This document shows, one piece after another, positions 28,591 to 38,536 of a stretch of 64,000 nucleotides of DNA. This stretch comes from an uncultured Muribaculaceae bacterium (GTDB lineage: Bacteria; Bacillota_I; Bacilli_A; RF39; UBA660). Numbering within the stretch: the first letter of the stretch is position 1; every line of letters starts with the position of its first letter. Position numbers and translations under genes: made by a program. Under the pieces are notes generated by a model. The model was not told the origin of the DNA and made no database searches. It worked only from the letters and a program-made list of their open reading frames with translations. The stretch is from the NCBI GenBank assembly GCA_964650315.1, contig CAZYQE010000002.1, positions 72,140 to 136,139 of the forward strand. The letters run 5' to 3'.

Positions 28591-31137
28591 ATGAAACGCA
28601 GTGAAGTAGATAGAAGTAAACTTAGTCCCATGATGAAGCAATACATGGAAGTTAAAGATAATTATGAAGATAGTATTATCTTTTTTAGACTTGGTGATTT
28701 CTATGAAATGTTTTTTGAAGATGCAGTAACTGCTTCACATGTTTTAGAACTAGCTTTAACAGGTAAACAAGCAGGACTAGACGAAAGAGTTCCTATGTGT
28801 GGAGTTCCTCATCATGCGTATGCTAATTATGTTGAAACTCTAATAGAAAAAGGTTATAAAGTCGCAATTGCCGAACAATTAGAAGATCCTAAAGATGTAA
28901 AGGGTGTAGTTAAAAGAGATGTAATACAAGTTATTACTAAAGGTACAAGATTAGATGATACAATTGATTCTAAAACTAATAATTATATTGCGAATATCTA
29001 TAGTTTTGATTATTGTTATGGTATTTCTTATGCAGATATTTCTACTGGAGAAGTAAATGCTTTATTAATAGATGGAGATAAAGATAAATTAATTAAAGAA
29101 ATTACTAAATATAATTTTAATGAAGTAATAGTAAATGATTCTATTGATAGAGAAATAGTAGAAATACTTAGAAGTAATTATAATATTTTAGTAACCATAA
29201 CAAAAGAAGAATTAGATGATGATAATTATTCATATATTTATAAAAATATTGAAGATATTAGATTAGTTAGTACTATTAAACATTTATTATTCTATATAGT
29301 AGATACTAAAAAAGGAGATCTACATCACTTACAAAAATGCAATATTATAAAGACTAATGATCATTTAGAATTTGATATAAACACTAAAAGGAATTTAGAA
29401 TTAGTTGAAACAGTACGTAATAGAGAACGTCAATATAGTTTATTATGGTTACTTGATAAATGTAAAACTGCTATGGGTAGTAGATATTTAAAACATACTA
29501 TAGAAAATCCATTAACTAGTAAAAAAGAAATTAATAAACGTTATGATATGATAGAAAAATTATCTACTGAGTTTATATTAAGAGATGATTTAATTAAAGA
29601 ATTAAGTAATGTTTATGACTTAGAAAGATTAGCTGGACGTATTACTTATGGTAATTTAAATGCTAAAGATTTATTACAATTAAAAAGTTCTTTAAAGAGT
29701 CTACCTAATATTAAAAAAATATTAGAAGAATTAAAATTTGATAAGAAATTAGATACTTTAGATGAATTATATGAACTACTTGAAAAAACCATTTTAGAAG
29801 ATGCACCTTTTACTTTAAAAGAAGGACATTTAATTAAAGAAGGGTATAATAGCGAATTAGATGAATTAAAGAAAATAAGTAGTGGTTCTAAAGACTTTAT
29901 ATTAGATATGGAAGCTGAAGAGAGAAAACGTACTGGTATTAAGAATTTAAAAGTAGGTTTTAATAAAGTATTTGGTTATTATATAGAAGTATCTAAAGGA
30001 CAAAAGAATCTAGTTAAAGATGAGTTTGGTTATGAGAGAAAACAAACTTTAGCTAATAGTGAAAGATATATTACTCCTATACTTAAAGAAAAAGAAAATA
30101 TTATTTTAGGTGCTGAAGAAAAAATAATTAATTTAGAATATAAATTATTTATGGATATTAGAGAAGTAGTTAAAAGATATATTTCTAAGATACAAAAAAT
30201 TGCTAAAGTAATTAGTGAAATTGATATGTTAGAGTCATTTTCTATAGTTAGTGATATGTATAAATTTACAAGACCTAATTTAGTAAATGATAGAGTAATT
30301 AAGATGATAGATTGTCGTCATCCAGTAGTAGAGCAAGTTATGAAAGATAAATATGTTCCTAATGATATATTAATGGATAAAACTGCTAATATATTATTAA
30401 TAACAGGTCCTAATATGGCTGGTAAATCTACTTATATGAGACAATGTGCTATTACTGTTATTATGGCTCAAATGGGATGTTTTGTTCCTTGTAGTAGTTG
30501 TACTATGCCTATATTTGATAAAATATTTACTAGAATTGGTGCTAGTGATGATTTAGTTAGTGGAGAATCTACTTTTATGGTAGAAATGAAAGAAGCTAAT
30601 TATGCTATTAGTGAAGCTACTTCTAATAGTTTAATATTATTTGATGAATTAGGTAGAGGTACTGCTACATATGATGGAATGAGCCTAGCTCAAGCAATAC
30701 TAGAACATATTCATGATAAAATAAAATGTAAAACATTATTCTCAACTCATTATCATGAATTAGTTGCTTTAGAAAATGATTTAAAGAATTTAAAGAATGT
30801 ACATGTTTCTGCTATAGAAAAAGATTCAAAATTAACATTCTTACATAAAGTTAAAAATGGACCAGTAGATAAAAGTTATGGTATCCATGTAGCTTCTTTA
30901 GCAAGTCTTCCTAAATCTTTAATAGATAGAGCAGGAGACATTCTAAATGTATATGAAAATACTAATAATACTAAAGAAGAATTTACTCAAACTTCATTAT
31001 TTGAAGATAACGAATCTGAAGCAATAGAAAAACCAAATGAAATAGAAGAAAAAATAAAAGAGATTAATCCATTAGAGATGACTCCTATGGAAGCATTAAA
31101 TTATTTATATGATTTAAAAAAAGATATAGATAAGTAA
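28591..31137 (+). CDS. mutS: DNA mismatch repair protein MutS
   Basis: LSPMMKQYMEVK...FFRLGDFYEMF mismatch-binding motif, Walker A GPNMAGKST, STFMVEM and DELGRGT. Confidence 0.95.
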   Translation: MKRSEVDRSKLSPMMKQYMEVKDNYEDSIIFFRLGDFYEMFFEDAVTASHVLELALTGKQAGLDERVPMCGVPHHAYANYVETLIEKGYKVAIAEQLEDPKDVKGVVKRDVIQVITKGTRLDDTIDSKTNNYIANIYSFDYCYGISYADISTGEVNALLIDGDKDKLIKEITKYNFNEVIVNDSIDREIVEILRSNYNILVTITKEELDDDNYSYIYKNIEDIRLVSTIKHLLFYIVDTKKGDLHHLQKCNIIKTNDHLEFDINTKRNLELVETVRNRERQYSLLWLLDKCKTAMGSRYLKHTIENPLTSKKEINKRYDMIEKLSTEFILRDDLIKELSNVYDLERLAGRITYGNLNAKDLLQLKSSLKSLPNIKKILEELKFDKKLDTLDELYELLEKTILEDAPFTLKEGHLIKEGYNSELDELKKISSGSKDFILDMEAEERKRTGIKNLKVGFNKVFGYYIEVSKGQKNLVKDEFGYERKQTLANSERYITPILKEKENIILGAEEKIINLEYKLFMDIREVVKRYISKIQKIAKVISEIDMLESFSIVSDMYKFTRPNLVNDRVIKMIDCRHPVVEQVMKDKYVPNDILMDKTANILLITGPNMAGKSTYMRQCAITVIMAQMGCFVPCSSCTMPIFDKIFTRIGASDDLVSGESTFMVEMKEANYAISEATSNSLILFDELGRGTATYDGMSLAQAILEHIHDKIKCKTLFSTHYHELVALENDLKNLKNVHVSAIEKDSKLTFLHKVKNGPVDKSYGIHVASLASLPKSLIDRAGDILNVYENTNNTKEEFTQTSLFEDNESEAIEKPNEIEEKIKEINPLEMTPMEALNYLYDLKKDIDK

Positions 31138-31181
31138 TTGATTTTATACACTCATAATGATAAACTTAAGGTGGTGAGACT

Positions 31182-31592
31182 ATGAAGAATAGAAGTGAAC
31201 TTAGAGAAATTATTATTAAAGTTATATATCAAACTTATATATTAAAAAACACTAATTTAAAGTATGATATAGATAAGTTAATTAAAGACCAATTAGAAGT
31301 AGAAAATGAATATGTTATTACTTGTGTAAATGGTATTATAGATAATAGAACTAAGATAGATTCATTAGCTAATAAATATCTAAAAGATTGGACTATTGAT
31401 AGATTAAATAATGTAGATAAATCAATTCTATCTTTAGGTATATATGAACTTATGTATACAGATACTCCTAGTATTGTATGTATTAATGAAGCTGTTGAAT
31501 TATCTAAAAAATATTCTGAAGAAAAAGTTACTAAAATGATAAATGGAGTACTTGATAATATTTATCATAGTGAGGTAGAAGATGAACGATAA
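31182..31592 (+). CDS. nusB: Transcription antitermination factor NusB
   Basis: Typical size, with W.IDRL..VD..IL.LG.YEL and INEAVELSKKY...NGVLD. Confidence 0.85.
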   Translation: MKNRSELREIIIKVIYQTYILKNTNLKYDIDKLIKDQLEVENEYVITCVNGIIDNRTKIDSLANKYLKDWTIDRLNNVDKSILSLGIYELMYTDTPSIVCINEAVELSKKYSEEKVTKMINGVLDNIYHSEVEDER

Positions 31593-32835
31593 GTATATTT
31601 CAGTAACACAATTAACTAAATATATTAAATATAAAATAGATAATGATATTAATTTGAATGAAGTATTTTTAAAAGGTGAAATATCTAATTTTAAAGCTCA
31701 TTCTAGAGGACATTACTATTTTACTATTAAAGATGAAGGTAGTAGAATTAGTGCTGTTATGTTTGCTAATAATACTAAGAAATTAAAGTTTTTACCTACT
31801 GATGGTATGAAAGTATTAGTAACTGGTAAAATAAGTGTATTTGAAGCAAATGGATCTTATCAAATTTATGTTAATGATATGTTAGAAGATGGAGTAGGTA
31901 ATTTATATATTGCTTATGAACAATTAAAAAAGAAACTAGAAGAAGAAGGATTATTTGATAAATCTCATAAGAAATCTATTCCAAAGATACCTAATAGAGT
32001 AGGAGTTATTACTGCACCTACAGGTGCTGCTATTAAAGATATTATTTCTACTATTAAAAGAAGATGGCCTCTATCAGAAATAATATTATTACCTGCTTTA
32101 GTACAAGGAGAAGAAGCTCATTCTACTATTGTAGAACAAATAAAAAATGCAGAAAATTATAATTTAGATACATTAATAGTAGGTAGAGGTGGAGGATCTA
32201 TAGAAGACTTATGGCCATTTAATGAAGAAGATGTTGCTAAAGCTATTTATGAATGTTCTATACCAGTTATTTCTGCAGTAGGTCATGAAGTAGACTTTAC
32301 AATAGCTGATTTTGTTGCAGACTTACGTGCACCAACTCCAACAGGTGCTGCAGAAATGGCAGTTCCAGCTATAAGCGATGTAATTAGTTATTTAGATCAG
32401 ATAAATATAAGATTAAATAAATCTTTATTAAATAAAATAAATATTAATAAAAAACATTTAGATGAAATTAAAAAACATTATATATTTACTAATCCAATAA
32501 CTATATATGAATCTAAAGAATTAATATTTGATAATTTAGTAGAAAGATTAAGATTTTCTCTAAAGAATTTAGTTAATATTAAAGAAAAAAAGTATAATGA
32601 ATTAAAAAACTCTATTATATTTAAAAACCCATATAATTTAATTGATAATAAATCTAATAAGTATTTACAAGTATTATCTAAATTAGAAGCTCTAAGCCCC
32701 TTAAAAACGCTTCAGAGAGGCTATTCTATAGTAAAGAAGGAGAATAAAGTAATTAGTAGTATAAAAGATACTAAAAAAGATGATTTATTAGAATTAAATT
32801 TAAAAGATGGTAATATAGATGTTAAAGTAATATAG
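31582..32835 (+). CDS. xseA: Exodeoxyribonuclease VII large subunit
   Basis: N-terminal OB-fold pattern (VTQLT..IK...F.KGEISNFK.HSRGHYYFTIKD), GVITAPTGAAIKDI and RGGGSIEDLW. Confidence 0.9.
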   Translation: MNDKYISVTQLTKYIKYKIDNDINLNEVFLKGEISNFKAHSRGHYYFTIKDEGSRISAVMFANNTKKLKFLPTDGMKVLVTGKISVFEANGSYQIYVNDMLEDGVGNLYIAYEQLKKKLEEEGLFDKSHKKSIPKIPNRVGVITAPTGAAIKDIISTIKRRWPLSEIILLPALVQGEEAHSTIVEQIKNAENYNLDTLIVGRGGGSIEDLWPFNEEDVAKAIYECSIPVISAVGHEVDFTIADFVADLRAPTPTGAAEMAVPAISDVISYLDQINIRLNKSLLNKININKKHLDEIKKHYIFTNPITIYESKELIFDNLVERLRFSLKNLVNIKEKKYNELKNSIIFKNPYNLIDNKSNKYLQVLSKLEALSPLKTLQRGYSIVKKENKVISSIKDTKKDDLLELNLKDGNIDVKVI

Positions 32836-32844
32836 GAGGAAAAT

Positions 32845-33072
32845 ATGGCAGAAAAGAAAGAAAAAAGTTTTGAAGAAAACTTAAAAGATTTAGAAGAAAT
32901 AGTTACTAAACTAGAAAGTGGAGAAGTACCACTAGATGATGCAATTAAAGAATTTACTAAAGCAATGGAATTATCTAAAAAATGTGATCAAAAATTAAAA
33001 AATGCTGAAGAAGCTATTACTAAAATAGTAGATAAAGATGGATCACTAAAAGATTATAAAGTAGAAGAATAA
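32845..33072 (+). CDS. xseB: Exodeoxyribonuclease VII small subunit
   Basis: 75 aa, SFEENLKDLEEIVTKLESGEVPLDDAI pattern, directly after xseA. Confidence 0.9.
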   Translation: MAEKKEKSFEENLKDLEEIVTKLESGEVPLDDAIKEFTKAMELSKKCDQKLKNAEEAITKIVDKDGSLKDYKVEE

Positions 33073-33099
33073 AAAAAGACTTTATTTAAAAGTCTTTTT
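33073..33099. terminator. Bidirectional rho-independent terminator between convergent xseB and the DUF1292 gene
   Basis: AAAAGACTT-TATTTA-AAGTCTTTT hairpin flanked by A-run and T-run. Confidence 0.7.
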
Positions 33100-33103
33100 A
33101 TTT

Positions 33104-33334
33104 TTAATTAAAATATTTCTCTCTAAGTAACCCTAAAGCAGTATTAAATTCATTTTCATCTATAGAAAGCAATGTATCATTATCATCAGCTAATTTCTGT
33201 ATTAAATAATCTTCAGGATTTTCTTTATTAGCAAAGAAATAATACATAATATTATTCTCACTATCCAATAAATTATCTATAATTACATATTCTTTATTAT
33301 CTATTTCTAAAACATCTACACTAACATCTTCCAT
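33104..33334 (-). CDS. DUF1292-like small acidic protein
   Basis: 76 aa, pattern EIDNKEYVIIDNL....NIMYYF. Confidence 0.45.
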   Translation of the reverse strand: MEDVSVDVLEIDNKEYVIIDNLLDSENNIMYYFFANKENPEDYLIQKLADDNDTLLSIDENEFNTALGLLREKYFN

Positions 33335-34050
33335 TATTTAGCCCCTCTTTTAACATTCTCATATTTATAATCAGAAATAATCTTATTTCTCATAATATCT
33401 TTATATTGATCTATATCATCAAACCCTTTAGTTGTTATATAATCATTTAGGTCTTCATAGAATACATAATTTTCACTTTTATCAAAATTATTTTTAGGAA
33501 TATGTTGGATAGTTCTATTAACAATTTTATTATACATAGGAATACCTATTTTATCTCCATATGTACTATAGAACTCAAATATAATATTATCTAATTCATT
33601 TTCATCATGAGCCATCTGTCTAAATTCATTAGCAATCTCTATATAATCAACAGAACCATTCTTAGGATTACTAGATCTAGTAACTATATCATCAATAGTA
33701 CTACCATATTTACTCTCAAAAATATCATCTACTTCATGTTGTTCCTTTAACTCAACAGCTTTAGGTACCGCAACACTACCAATACCACCAGCAACTAATC
33801 CCGCAACCGCTATCATAAATATACGTTTTCTTACAGTAGCTTTTCTTTTATTTTTTAAATTTAAATTATCTCTTTTCCTAGAAGATCTCTCATAAGCATC
33901 TTCTTTATTACTTTTTGAATTTTTTACTAGTTGATCTATTATTCTATCTGATTGTTCTTGAATTTTCTTATCTTCCATTTCTTTTTCTGTCTTAGCAGCT
34001 GCTTCTTCAACAATATCTTTTGCTATTTCATCTATGCGTTTATCATCCAT
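33334..34050 (-). CDS. Hypothetical single-pass membrane protein
   Basis: Charged N-terminal region, one TM helix (IFMIAVAGLVAGGIGSVAV), then a C-terminal domain of unknown family. Start taken at MDDKRID. Confidence 0.5.
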   Translation of the reverse strand: MDDKRIDEIAKDIVEEAAAKTEKEMEDKKIQEQSDRIIDQLVKNSKSNKEDAYERSSRKRDNLNLKNKRKATVRKRIFMIAVAGLVAGGIGSVAVPKAVELKEQHEVDDIFESKYGSTIDDIVTRSSNPKNGSVDYIEIANEFRQMAHDENELDNIIFEFYSTYGDKIGIPMYNKIVNRTIQHIPKNNFDKSENYVFYEDLNDYITTKGFDDIDQYKDIMRNKIISDYKYENVKRGAK

Positions 34051-34194
34051 ATAATTCACCTCTATTATATATATTATATAATGTATTTTATTACTAGTCA
34101 AAAGAATTGTAAAAAATTAGTGTAAATGGTAATTATTATTAGACATATTTTTTTATAAATAATTAATACTAAAAATGTAGTAAAGTTTTAAGGA

Positions 34195-35187
34195 GTGATT
34201 TTTTTGAAATGTAAAAATATTTTTTTAAAATTTATGATTCTTCTTCTAATTATAATACCCATAAATACATTTGCTTATTCAAAATATATAATTGCTTCTG
34301 GTAAAACCATCGGAATAGAAGTTAATTCCAAAGGTATTTTAGTTGTAGGTTTCTATAAAATTAATAATGAATATATCGCAAAGAATGCTGGTTTTAAAAT
34401 AGGTGATAATATAATCAAAATAAATAATAAACCAGTGGATAAAATAGATACCATGATAGATATTATTAATAATAAAGATTCTAATAAAATAAACTTTACT
34501 ATAATTAGAGATAAAAAAGTAGAAAATATTAATTTAAACCTAGTAGGAGATAATAGTGGTATTTTAAAAACGGGATTATATGTAAAAGATCAAATAAATG
34601 GTATTGGTACACTTACTTATATAGATCCTAATACTAAAATATTTGGTGCCCTAGGACATGAAATAATAGAAAGTACTACTGCTAAGAAATTTGAAATAAA
34701 AGATGGTAAAATATTTTCTGCTAATGTATCTGATATAACTAAAAGTAGAAGTGGTGATGCTGGAGAAAAAAATGCTGAATATAATAAAGACAAAGTAGAT
34801 GGTAACATTAAAAATAATGATATAACAGGTATTTATGGTACTTATAGTAATGCTATAAAGAATTTAAAAACAATAGAAGTAGGGGAAATTAATAATATAA
34901 AGAAAGGTAATGCTATAATTAAAACAGTAGTTAACAATAACAAAGTAGAAGATTTTGATATTGAAATAATTAGTATAGATAAAAATAGTAAAAATAAAAA
35001 TATATTATTCCAAATAACTGATAAAAGATTATTAAATAAAACTGGTGGAGTAGTACAAGGTATGAGTGGTTCTCCAATAATACAAGATAATAAAATAATA
35101 GGTGCAGTCAATTATGTTATTGTAAATGATACTACTAAAGGTTATGGTATATTTATTACTACTATGTTAGAAGAAGGAGAAAAATAG
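34195..35187 (+). CDS. spoIVB: SpoIVB peptidase (S55), stage IV sporulation protein B
   Basis: Signal/TM helix, PDZ segment (AGFKIGDNIIKINN), GIGTLTYIDPNTKIFGALGHEI and GMSGSPIIQDNKIIGAV catalytic motifs. The start is uncertain: the track starts at 34195, and TTG at 34204 follows AAGGAG. Confidence 0.85.
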   Translation: MIFLKCKNIFLKFMILLLIIIPINTFAYSKYIIASGKTIGIEVNSKGILVVGFYKINNEYIAKNAGFKIGDNIIKINNKPVDKIDTMIDIINNKDSNKINFTIIRDKKVENINLNLVGDNSGILKTGLYVKDQINGIGTLTYIDPNTKIFGALGHEIIESTTAKKFEIKDGKIFSANVSDITKSRSGDAGEKNAEYNKDKVDGNIKNNDITGIYGTYSNAIKNLKTIEVGEINNIKKGNAIIKTVVNNNKVEDFDIEIISIDKNSKNKNILFQITDKRLLNKTGGVVQGMSGSPIIQDNKIIGAVNYVIVNDTTKGYGIFITTMLEEGEK

Positions 35188-35297
35188 AGACTAATGTCTC
35201 TATTTTTGTATAAATATTTATTAAAAGTTAATAATATTAGTAGTTTATTTTTATACACAAATATGTTATTATATTAAGTCATATAGGGGATGATTAT

Positions 35298-35600
35298 ATG
35301 AAAATCTGGAGAAAAATAAAATTAAAAGATAAAAATGAAGAAGTAAATACTATATCTAAATCATTAACTAATTATTTATATGGATATGGACCTATTAGAG
35401 ATATATGTAGAAAATATAAAATTAGTAATAAAGACAGAAAAATATTAGACCAATATACATCAAATAGAATAGCTGGATTATTAATGCTATATCTATCTAA
35501 AGACACTAAAAGAATTAATGATATAGTAAATAAATATAATATTCCAGATAGTAGTATTGATGAAATAATCCCTGAATTAGAAGGATATATAAACAAATAA
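35298..35600 (+). CDS. Hypothetical protein
   Basis: 100-aa ORF with RBS GGGGA. No recognisable motifs. Confidence 0.45.
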   Translation: MKIWRKIKLKDKNEEVNTISKSLTNYLYGYGPIRDICRKYKISNKDRKILDQYTSNRIAGLLMLYLSKDTKRINDIVNKYNIPDSSIDEIIPELEGYINK

Positions 35601-35627
35601 AAAAAAAGAACACTAGTTCTTTTTTTA
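35600..35627. terminator. Bidirectional terminator hairpin
   Basis: A-run, AGAAC-ACTA-GTTCT, T-run. It lies between the convergent 35298..35600 ORF and the small minus-strand ORF. Confidence 0.6.
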
Positions 35628-35711
35628 TAGATAAATTAATATTCCAAAAAAACCAACTAACATAACTATAGCTAAAAATGCTGCTACAAATTTAATAACT
35701 TTATCATTCAT
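35625..35711 (-). CDS. Candidate 28-aa hydrophobic peptide (not in the ORF track)
   Basis: My translation is MNDKVIKFVAAFLAIVMLVGFFGILIYL. A GAGGTG RBS sits 7 nt upstream of the ATG, and the stop lies within the terminator stem. Confidence 0.35.
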   Translation of the reverse strand: MNDKVIKFVAAFLAIVMLVGFFGILIYL

Positions 35712-35802
35712 TATAAACACCTCATATTAATTATAAAATAAATGTAGAAAAAAGTAAATTTATTTTTAGTATATAATATATAAATAAATAATATTATTTA
35801 AT

Positions 35803-36402
35803 ATGAATATACTAATACATAAAATAAAAAATAATAAACTACTATTTATACTATTAATTATTATAATAATCTCAATAATTATAGGAATATTATTTCCATC
35901 TATAATATCTAATAGTAATAAAAAACTAATATTATCATACTTAGATAATTTCTTTTATAAAATAAAAAAAAGTAATTTAAATTATACTAATGCATTTATA
36001 AGTAGTATATCTACTAATACTATAATATCTATATTTATATGGTTATTAGGTATATCTATAATAGGAATATTATTTATAATTGCACTATTAATTATAAAAA
36101 GCTTTATATTAGGTTTTTCTTTTAGTAGTATAATTACTTCTTATGGATTAAAAGGTATTATAATTGGATTAGTCTATATAATACCTTTAATATTAAATTT
36201 ATTTATATACTTAGTATTATGTTATTATGCAATAGATTTTTCTTTAATACTATTTAATTATTTATTTAAAAAAAGAACTAATATAGGAAATAATATAGTA
36301 AAAAGATATATTAAAGTACTTATAATATCTATTATATTTTTATTAATATCATCTTTAATAGAAATATATATAATACCCAATGTTATAGTTTTATTATTAT
36401 AA
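35803..36402 (+). CDS. spoIIM: Stage II sporulation protein M
   Basis: 199-aa polytopic membrane protein with the SpoIIM-like layout (N-terminal TM helix, loop, then four closely packed TM helices) near xerD/deoB, as in Bacillus. Confidence 0.65.
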   Translation: MNILIHKIKNNKLLFILLIIIIISIIIGILFPSIISNSNKKLILSYLDNFFYKIKKSNLNYTNAFISSISTNTIISIFIWLLGISIIGILFIIALLIIKSFILGFSFSSIITSYGLKGIIIGLVYIIPLILNLFIYLVLCYYAIDFSLILFNYLFKKRTNIGNNIVKRYIKVLIISIIFLLISSLIEIYIIPNVIVLLL

Positions 36403-36476
36403 AATTTAAAAAGTGTCAATTTACACTTGATTATTTACATAAAATTGTCTATAATTATATTGGAGGGTAGATAAAG

Positions 36477-37244
36477 ATGAAAGAATTAAATACAGCATTA
36501 ACAGAATTAGGAATAAGTAAGGTTAGATTGGCTAAATATTTAGGAGTATCTAGACAAATGTTATATAACTATCTAGCAATAGAAAATTTAGATGAATGGC
36601 CTAAAGAAAAAGCTGCTAAATTATTTAGTTTATTAAATATAGAAAGTAAAGAAGAGTTAAAAGATTTAAAAATAACTGGAGATTATATAATTGAAGTTGA
36701 ACATAGATTAAAAGAAGGAGTTAAAGATTCTTCTAATAGGGAAATAATTGCTGATTTAAAAGGCTTTAATAAGAAAGAACAAGAATTATTATCCGAAATC
36801 ATTAATTTATTAAAAGAGAAATTAGCAAACGATAAGACTAAAGAAACATATAATACTTATGTATATTTATATAACTTCTTACAATCAATGGAAACTACTG
36901 AAGAATTAAAATATATATTAGCGTATATGTCTAAGTCTTTAGGATTTACTGATCCTGTAGAATTTTCATTTAATAAAGATAAACAATTTATCTTTGAAAG
37001 TATTATGTTTAGTGCGATGACACTATATAATGGTGGAGGAGCATCTAAAACAAGAATTAGTGAGACTCATAAGAAGTTTGTACAAGATATAGAACATAAA
37101 AATGAAGAAAAATTATCTCGTACACAAGAATTAAATACTGCGAAAGTACAAGCATTAAAAGAATTAGGATATAGTGAAATTAATGAAGAAAATGCTAAAG
37201 AAGTACTAGAAAAGATTGCAGAAATTGAATCTAGAAAAGTATAA
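36477..37244 (+). CDS. Helix-turn-helix (XRE-like N-terminus) protein with an uncharacterised C-terminal domain
   Basis: LGISKVRLAKYLGVSRQMLYNYL HTH segment. Confidence 0.55.
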   Translation: MKELNTALTELGISKVRLAKYLGVSRQMLYNYLAIENLDEWPKEKAAKLFSLLNIESKEELKDLKITGDYIIEVEHRLKEGVKDSSNREIIADLKGFNKKEQELLSEIINLLKEKLANDKTKETYNTYVYLYNFLQSMETTEELKYILAYMSKSLGFTDPVEFSFNKDKQFIFESIMFSAMTLYNGGGASKTRISETHKKFVQDIEHKNEEKLSRTQELNTAKVQALKELGYSEINEENAKEVLEKIAEIESRKV

Positions 37245-37334
37245 CTACCAAATTGGTAGTTTTTTCTTGTAATTATATTAGTTTTATGTTATCATAACGT
37301 TCCCATGTCAAAAGGGGAGGAGAGGACTGACAGA

Positions 37335-37868
37335 ATGAAAAAAAACATAAAACATTGGTTGAGTAGAAATTTTAGAAAATCTAAATGTGCAGAAGTATTA
37401 GATGGTATATTAGAAAAAGATGAAATACTATATTCATATATTGATTGGGAAGATGAAGATTATTATACTAAGAAAAATAATACTTTCATTAAATATAATA
37501 TTGATGAATATAATAATGTTAAAATACGTATAAGTGATCCTAATAGAAAAATTGGTATAAAGATTACTAATGAAGGTAATCATATAGCAATCAGAGATAA
37601 AAAAATATATAAAGAAGCAACAATAGATGAATATCGTATTGTACATAATCTAGATAATACATCCTACTTTGAACACAAAAATCTATCTAAATATCGTAAT
37701 GGAGAGCTTAAAGTTAATTATAAACGCAGTATGCAGATAGAAAACGCTAATGGTAAATTAATTAATTATTATGATAGTACAGAAGAAAAGAGTGAAGATA
37801 AAGAAGAAAAAAAATACAACAAAGTATATCATAATAATAGAAAAAAATATGTTAAACATCACTTTTAG
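37335..37868 (+). CDS. Hypothetical protein
   Basis: RBS GGGGAGGAG before the ATG at 37335. Lys-rich, with no recognisable motifs. Confidence 0.45.
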   Translation: MKKNIKHWLSRNFRKSKCAEVLDGILEKDEILYSYIDWEDEDYYTKKNNTFIKYNIDEYNNVKIRISDPNRKIGIKITNEGNHIAIRDKKIYKEATIDEYRIVHNLDNTSYFEHKNLSKYRNGELKVNYKRSMQIENANGKLINYYDSTEEKSEDKEEKKYNKVYHNNRKKYVKHHF

Positions 37869-38265
37869 TGGTGTTTTTCTCTATTTATATTACTTCCTAT
37901 AATTGATATTATGTTAACTTCTATATAGTTATATATAAAATATACGTATAAATAAATGAATAATTAATAAAATATTATTATAAATTATTACTACACGACT
38001 CTACTCTATTTATAAGAATAAGAGAAGTTGTTTTTTTTTATAAAAATATTTTTATAATTTAATTTATATATTATTAATTACTTATATATAATTAAGTACA
38101 TATATCTATCCCTCTCTCCCCTAATAAAGAGAAGAGGGCATGTTAATTTTAAGCCATTTAACTCTACTTAGATGGATAGTTCTCCATCTCGATTCATTTT
38201 AGAGAAGGTAGTATTTTTGTATAAAATATATTTATAGGTACATAATACTATTTAGGAGGATAATT

Positions 38266-38508
38266 ATGAGAAAAAAGAATAAAAATAATATTAATTGTGA
38301 CGTAGAAAACTGTAAGTATAATAATCCAGAAGAGGGTTCATGTGAATTGGATGAAATACAAGTAAGTAATAGTTCTGAAGTTGATGAGTGTTCTGATAAA
38401 GATGATACTGCATGTGAAAGTTTTGAATCTGAAGAGGGGGAACTTACAGATGAAGTATATGAAGTAGAATCTGAAAATGAAGATGAAGAAGAAAAAGAAG
38501 AAGATTAA
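38266..38508 (+). CDS. DUF1540-like small cysteine protein with a polyacidic tail
   Basis: RBS AGGAGG. INCDVENCKYNNPEEGSCELDEIQV matches the DUF1540 C-x4-C ... C pattern. The C-terminal 40 aa are Glu/Asp rich. Confidence 0.55.
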   Translation: MRKKNKNNINCDVENCKYNNPEEGSCELDEIQVSNSSEVDECSDKDDTACESFESEEGELTDEVYEVESENEDEEEKEED

Positions 38509-38536
38509 TATCTTCTTCTTTTTTATAACTCCCCTA

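Noticed and set aside
35298-35600. Expectation of spo0A downstream of spoIVB, as in the Bacillus order recN-spoIVB-spo0A.
   Set aside because: The 100-aa product has no receiver-domain motifs (no DD...D...K pattern) and is far too short, so it is not Spo0A.
38140-38202. 20-aa ORF (MLILSHLTLLRWIVLHLDSF) inside the G+C-richer island of the long spacer.
   Set aside because: The only purine-rich stretch (GAGAAGAGGG) ends 1 nt before the ATG, too close for a functional RBS. The region is better treated as a candidate RNA structure.
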